Below are positions 61,081 to 64,000 of a stretch of 64,000 bases of DNA, in pieces. The stretch comes from Bdellovibrionales bacterium. Lineage in GTDB: Bacteria; Bdellovibrionota; Bdellovibrionia; Bdellovibrionales; UBA1609. Both the position numbers and the translations under genes were made by a program. Numbering within the stretch: position 1 is the stretch's first letter; every line of letters starts with the position of its first letter. The DNA lies in the NCBI GenBank assembly GCA_965219095.1, contig CBDCMT010000001.1, positions 352,001-416,000 on the forward strand, read 5' to 3'. The notes beneath the pieces were generated by a model that saw nothing but the letters and a program-made list of their open reading frames with translations, did not search any database and was not told the origin of the DNA.

Positions 61081-62071
61081 TAGCCGTAGATTGGGCACAA
61101 AGTAACATGGCCATTGCAAGGATGACAGGCAAATCAAAAGATATTAAGACTATGGACACGATTTCAGATCTTGGAAATCTTCGTGCCTATTTAAAAACTC
61201 TGAAAGGTAAGAAGATATTGACTATCGAAGAGACTACAACTTCGATAGTGGTTGTATTCAGAATTAAAGGATAGTGTTGATGAGTTCATAGTCTGTGATC
61301 CTCTTCGGAACAGACTTTTAAGTGAAGGGGCTAAAACTGATAAAATTGATGCTGAAAAACTTGTTTTATTGTTACGCTCTGGCCTTTTGAAACCAGTTTT
61401 TCACTCAGGTGATGAATTCATTTACCTTCGTAAGATTGTCAGTGGGTATGAAGATGTGGTTAAAAGAGGAGTTCGTGTTAAAAACCAAAGATCAGCTCTG
61501 TTTCGAGCTTCCCATCTTGATGCTAAGAAGCAGACTCAATTAAAACGGACAGAAGAGATATATTTGTTCTAGAAGGCTTAGATAAAGCTATCAGTGCTTA
61601 TGGGGAGGAGAAAGCATGTTATGAAGCAGAGTTTAAGAGGCTAAGTAAAAAACACAAAGATATTAGAAATCTTAGTAGCATTCCAGGAATTGGTTCTATC
61701 AAGGCTATCAAGATTGTAGCCAGGGTTGTAGTGCCTCACCGATTTAAACGTAATTCCTGGTGGAGTGGACTGCGGACTTGTAAAGCTACATAAAATGAGT
61801 GGTGGAAGGTCTTATGGAACTAAGAAGTCTAGGTTTTGCCCACAAATGAAAAGTGTTTTTAAGATAGCTGCACTCTCAGTTATAGGAAATAACAATAAAT
61901 TTAATGATTTTTATGAAGAACTGATCAAAAAAAATTTACCACCACACACTGCTAGAAACGCTACCAACTAGAAGAATTGCAGCTTTAACTTTAGGTGTTT
62001 TCAAGTCTGGGAAAAAATATAAACCTTATGGAGAACGTAAAAATGTAAATAATAATAAAACAACCTCATAA
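61081..62071 (+). pseudogene. IS110-family recombinase/transposase pseudogene
   Basis: AVDWAQ..., TIEETT, KTDKIDA, SIPGIG, CGLV....SGG; several frameshifts; 5' end replaced by IS630-A. Confidence 0.82.
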
Positions 62072-62271
62072 AATCATCTGTTTAAAGTTTCTTGCATAGT
62101 AAGTAACAATACAAATAATGACTTTATGAGGTGAGGGTAGATAGCTTAATAATAGCGATACTTATAAAAGGTTCATGTTAACGAATAGCACATCCTCTAT
62201 TCCTGAAATTTACTATAATCTAAGGTTTTAAATCTTCGGAATAAATTCATGATTTAAAACTAAAAAAGGTT

Positions 62272-63804
62272 GTAACTGCTCACTCTCGTAAGTTTTTATT
62301 TAAAGCCATAGAGATGGCTTCTAAAGAAGAATACCCTCTATTTCTCATTGTTTTAACATAGCTGGTAATACGACAAAAATATTTCGCCATTTCTTCTGTT
62401 CTGAAACACCCTGACACTTTCTTTTTCACTTTAGTCATTCTTAGATCTCTTTCAGCTCTGTTATTAGTAGGATCTACGTTCTTTCTTTTAGCAAAGCACA
62501 GTATTTCTGCTTCATACTTTTTAAATCGCAGCCAAAGGTTTTGAGCTTGTGTATGCTTTATTCGTCCTTTCTTGCCATTTTTCTTAGGAAATTCTGGAAG
62601 CTCTTTTAAGCCTTTTGTAAGAATACTCCTATACCTTCTCTGAAGAGTTTCGTACTCTTTTTGAGTCAGAACTCTTGACTCTTTTTTATGAACTGACTCC
62701 ACAGTCTCTTTAAGAAGTTTTTTGAGATTTGTAGCCCATTTGAATCCATTGCTTTCTTCTATAAATTTAAGCTCTCTCAAAAGGTGAGCCACACACAAAG
62801 CATGAGTTATCTTATCATAACAAAAGTAAGGACTCCAACAATCATGCACAAGCACTCCTGCATATCTATCCAAGAGACCAATATCTTTTATGGCTTCCCT
62901 TCCACCTGAAAGGTGGAGAAACTGCAAGACTAATTCTCCTGAACTATAAGTATGAATCCAGTAGTTTTTACCCTTAACCCTCATAGAGGTCTCATCAACA
63001 TGAATGACCTCTGATTCAAGTATCTTTTCTTTCATCTGCTCTTCCCAACTTTTAAGAAACTCTCCTAATTCAGCAATGTATCTCAACATAACTGCAGGAG
63101 AAATCATTCGACCTATAAGCCCCATGTAATGTTCCCCAACACGCTCTAAAAGACAGCATCTGAACTATAATGAAATTGATGATGGAAGCTCTAATGCCTA
63201 TACCATACTGAAGAGGACCACTCATACCTTTAGGGAATTGACCTTTATTTCTAGCTCCACATGAGGGACAATCCTTAACTTCAGAAGTTACAGTATGGGT
63301 CTGAATTTCATAAAAAATATCAATCTTTTTACGCTTCTCAAGGCTTTTTACCTCTGCTGTCTTTAAACACATCCCACACTGAGAACACTCTGAGGGAAAG
63401 ACAGTCTCCTCACTGTTTGTATCTTTACTGTTATCAAGTCTAGAGCCCTTTTTCTGACTCCCACTAGCTTTCTTATTACGATTCCCTTGACGACTAAAAT
63501 CTTGCGAAGGAGGAAGACCGCTGTTGCTGGAATTTTTTCGAACCTGTTTTTCTAAAAGCACAACAATCAGAATGTTCACAACCTTAAAGAGAGATTCAAC
63601 AATCACAGAAATCTCAGTAGGCACAGAACCTTTCTTTGCAAACTTATCAAAGTCACTTCTTATATTTTCAATCTCATTTCTGATGGAGGTCTTATTTATT
63701 GTCATTTGAAAAAAGTATTTAAAAGAAAATCTGTAAGAGCAAGACTTTTATCTTAAAACAGGTCTAAAGTTAGGGATAACTGAACAATGTAGGTGAGCAG
63801 TTAC
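62272..63804 (-). mobile_element. IS66-family element (single-ORF type), frameshifted transposase
   Basis: TIR GTAACTGCTCAC at both ends; NSSNSGLPPSQD, HVDETS, HDCWSPY, TNNRAERDLR; extra T near 63148-63151; no TSD. Confidence 0.9.
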
Positions 63805-64000
63805 AATTAACTCTTCTTACAAAATAAACAAAAAACACCTTGTAACTTAAAATAGGAAGGGATTCAAAGTCCCGTGATGATTTACTGCTGTCATACACTG
63901 AACAGGGCTTCTTACAAACACTACAAAGAGCTTGGCCATTTTTACGAGCCTTAATAGGAACATTAATTGACTTTCTATCTTTTGAAAAATAAATGTCTCC
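63805..64000 (-). pseudogene. ISL3-family transposase N-terminal zinc-finger fragment
   Basis: ALCSVCKKPCSVYDSSKSSRDFESLPILSYKVFFVYFVRRVNC, cut by the IS66 end. Confidence 0.7.

Noticed and set aside
18995..64000. RNA-guided nuclease cargo (TnpB/IscB/Cas) or reverse transcriptase among the IS
   Set aside because: No RuvC/HNH/zinc-finger TnpB pattern or YxDD RT motif recognised in any ORF.

Overview
AT-rich bacterial chromosome window. The gene styles suggest Bdellovibrionota, but that is an inference. It has four parts. (1) 1-18.1 kb is a decaying integrative element. It holds a type III R-M system (res, mod), an XRE regulator and a minimal VirB2-B3-B4-B5-B6-like (Trb-type) cluster with no VirB8-11, VirD4 or relaxase in view. 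Two defence-like genes (a repeat-bearing HEPN-motif protein and a broken Mrr-like nuclease/STAND NTPase) sit between virB2 and virB3. It also has two sigma-70 region-4 proteins, a divergent HTH regulator with a phased operator array, an RloC-like AAA_13 ATPase and a 5'-truncated large serine recombinase. That recombinase reads across a TCCACCA (tRNA/tmRNA-3'-like) core into an extra HTH+recombinase domain. (2) 19-44.4 kb has dense nested IS stacks (IS630, IS66, IS1634-like, IS256, IS481, IS3, IS982, MITEs) around an intact-looking type I R-M operon (HTH-hsdM, Bro-N, hsdS, RhuM-Fic, hsdR, YgjP-like peptidase). (3) 44.4-57.9 kb is housekeeping: trmL, rmuC, maiA, FAH hydrolase, purN, a beta-barrel OMP, metG, lipoproteins, GT2, arginase, icd and ETF-QO. 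(4) 57.9-64 kb has more IS (IS630, IS110, IS66, ISL3). Several destroyed defence genes are absent or unrecognisable in the ORF track: a patatin/CapV-like N-terminus, a NYN fragment, a YhcG/DUF1016 C-terminus and druA. No rRNA, tRNA or CRISPR array was seen. All family calls come from motif recognition by eye, not database searches.
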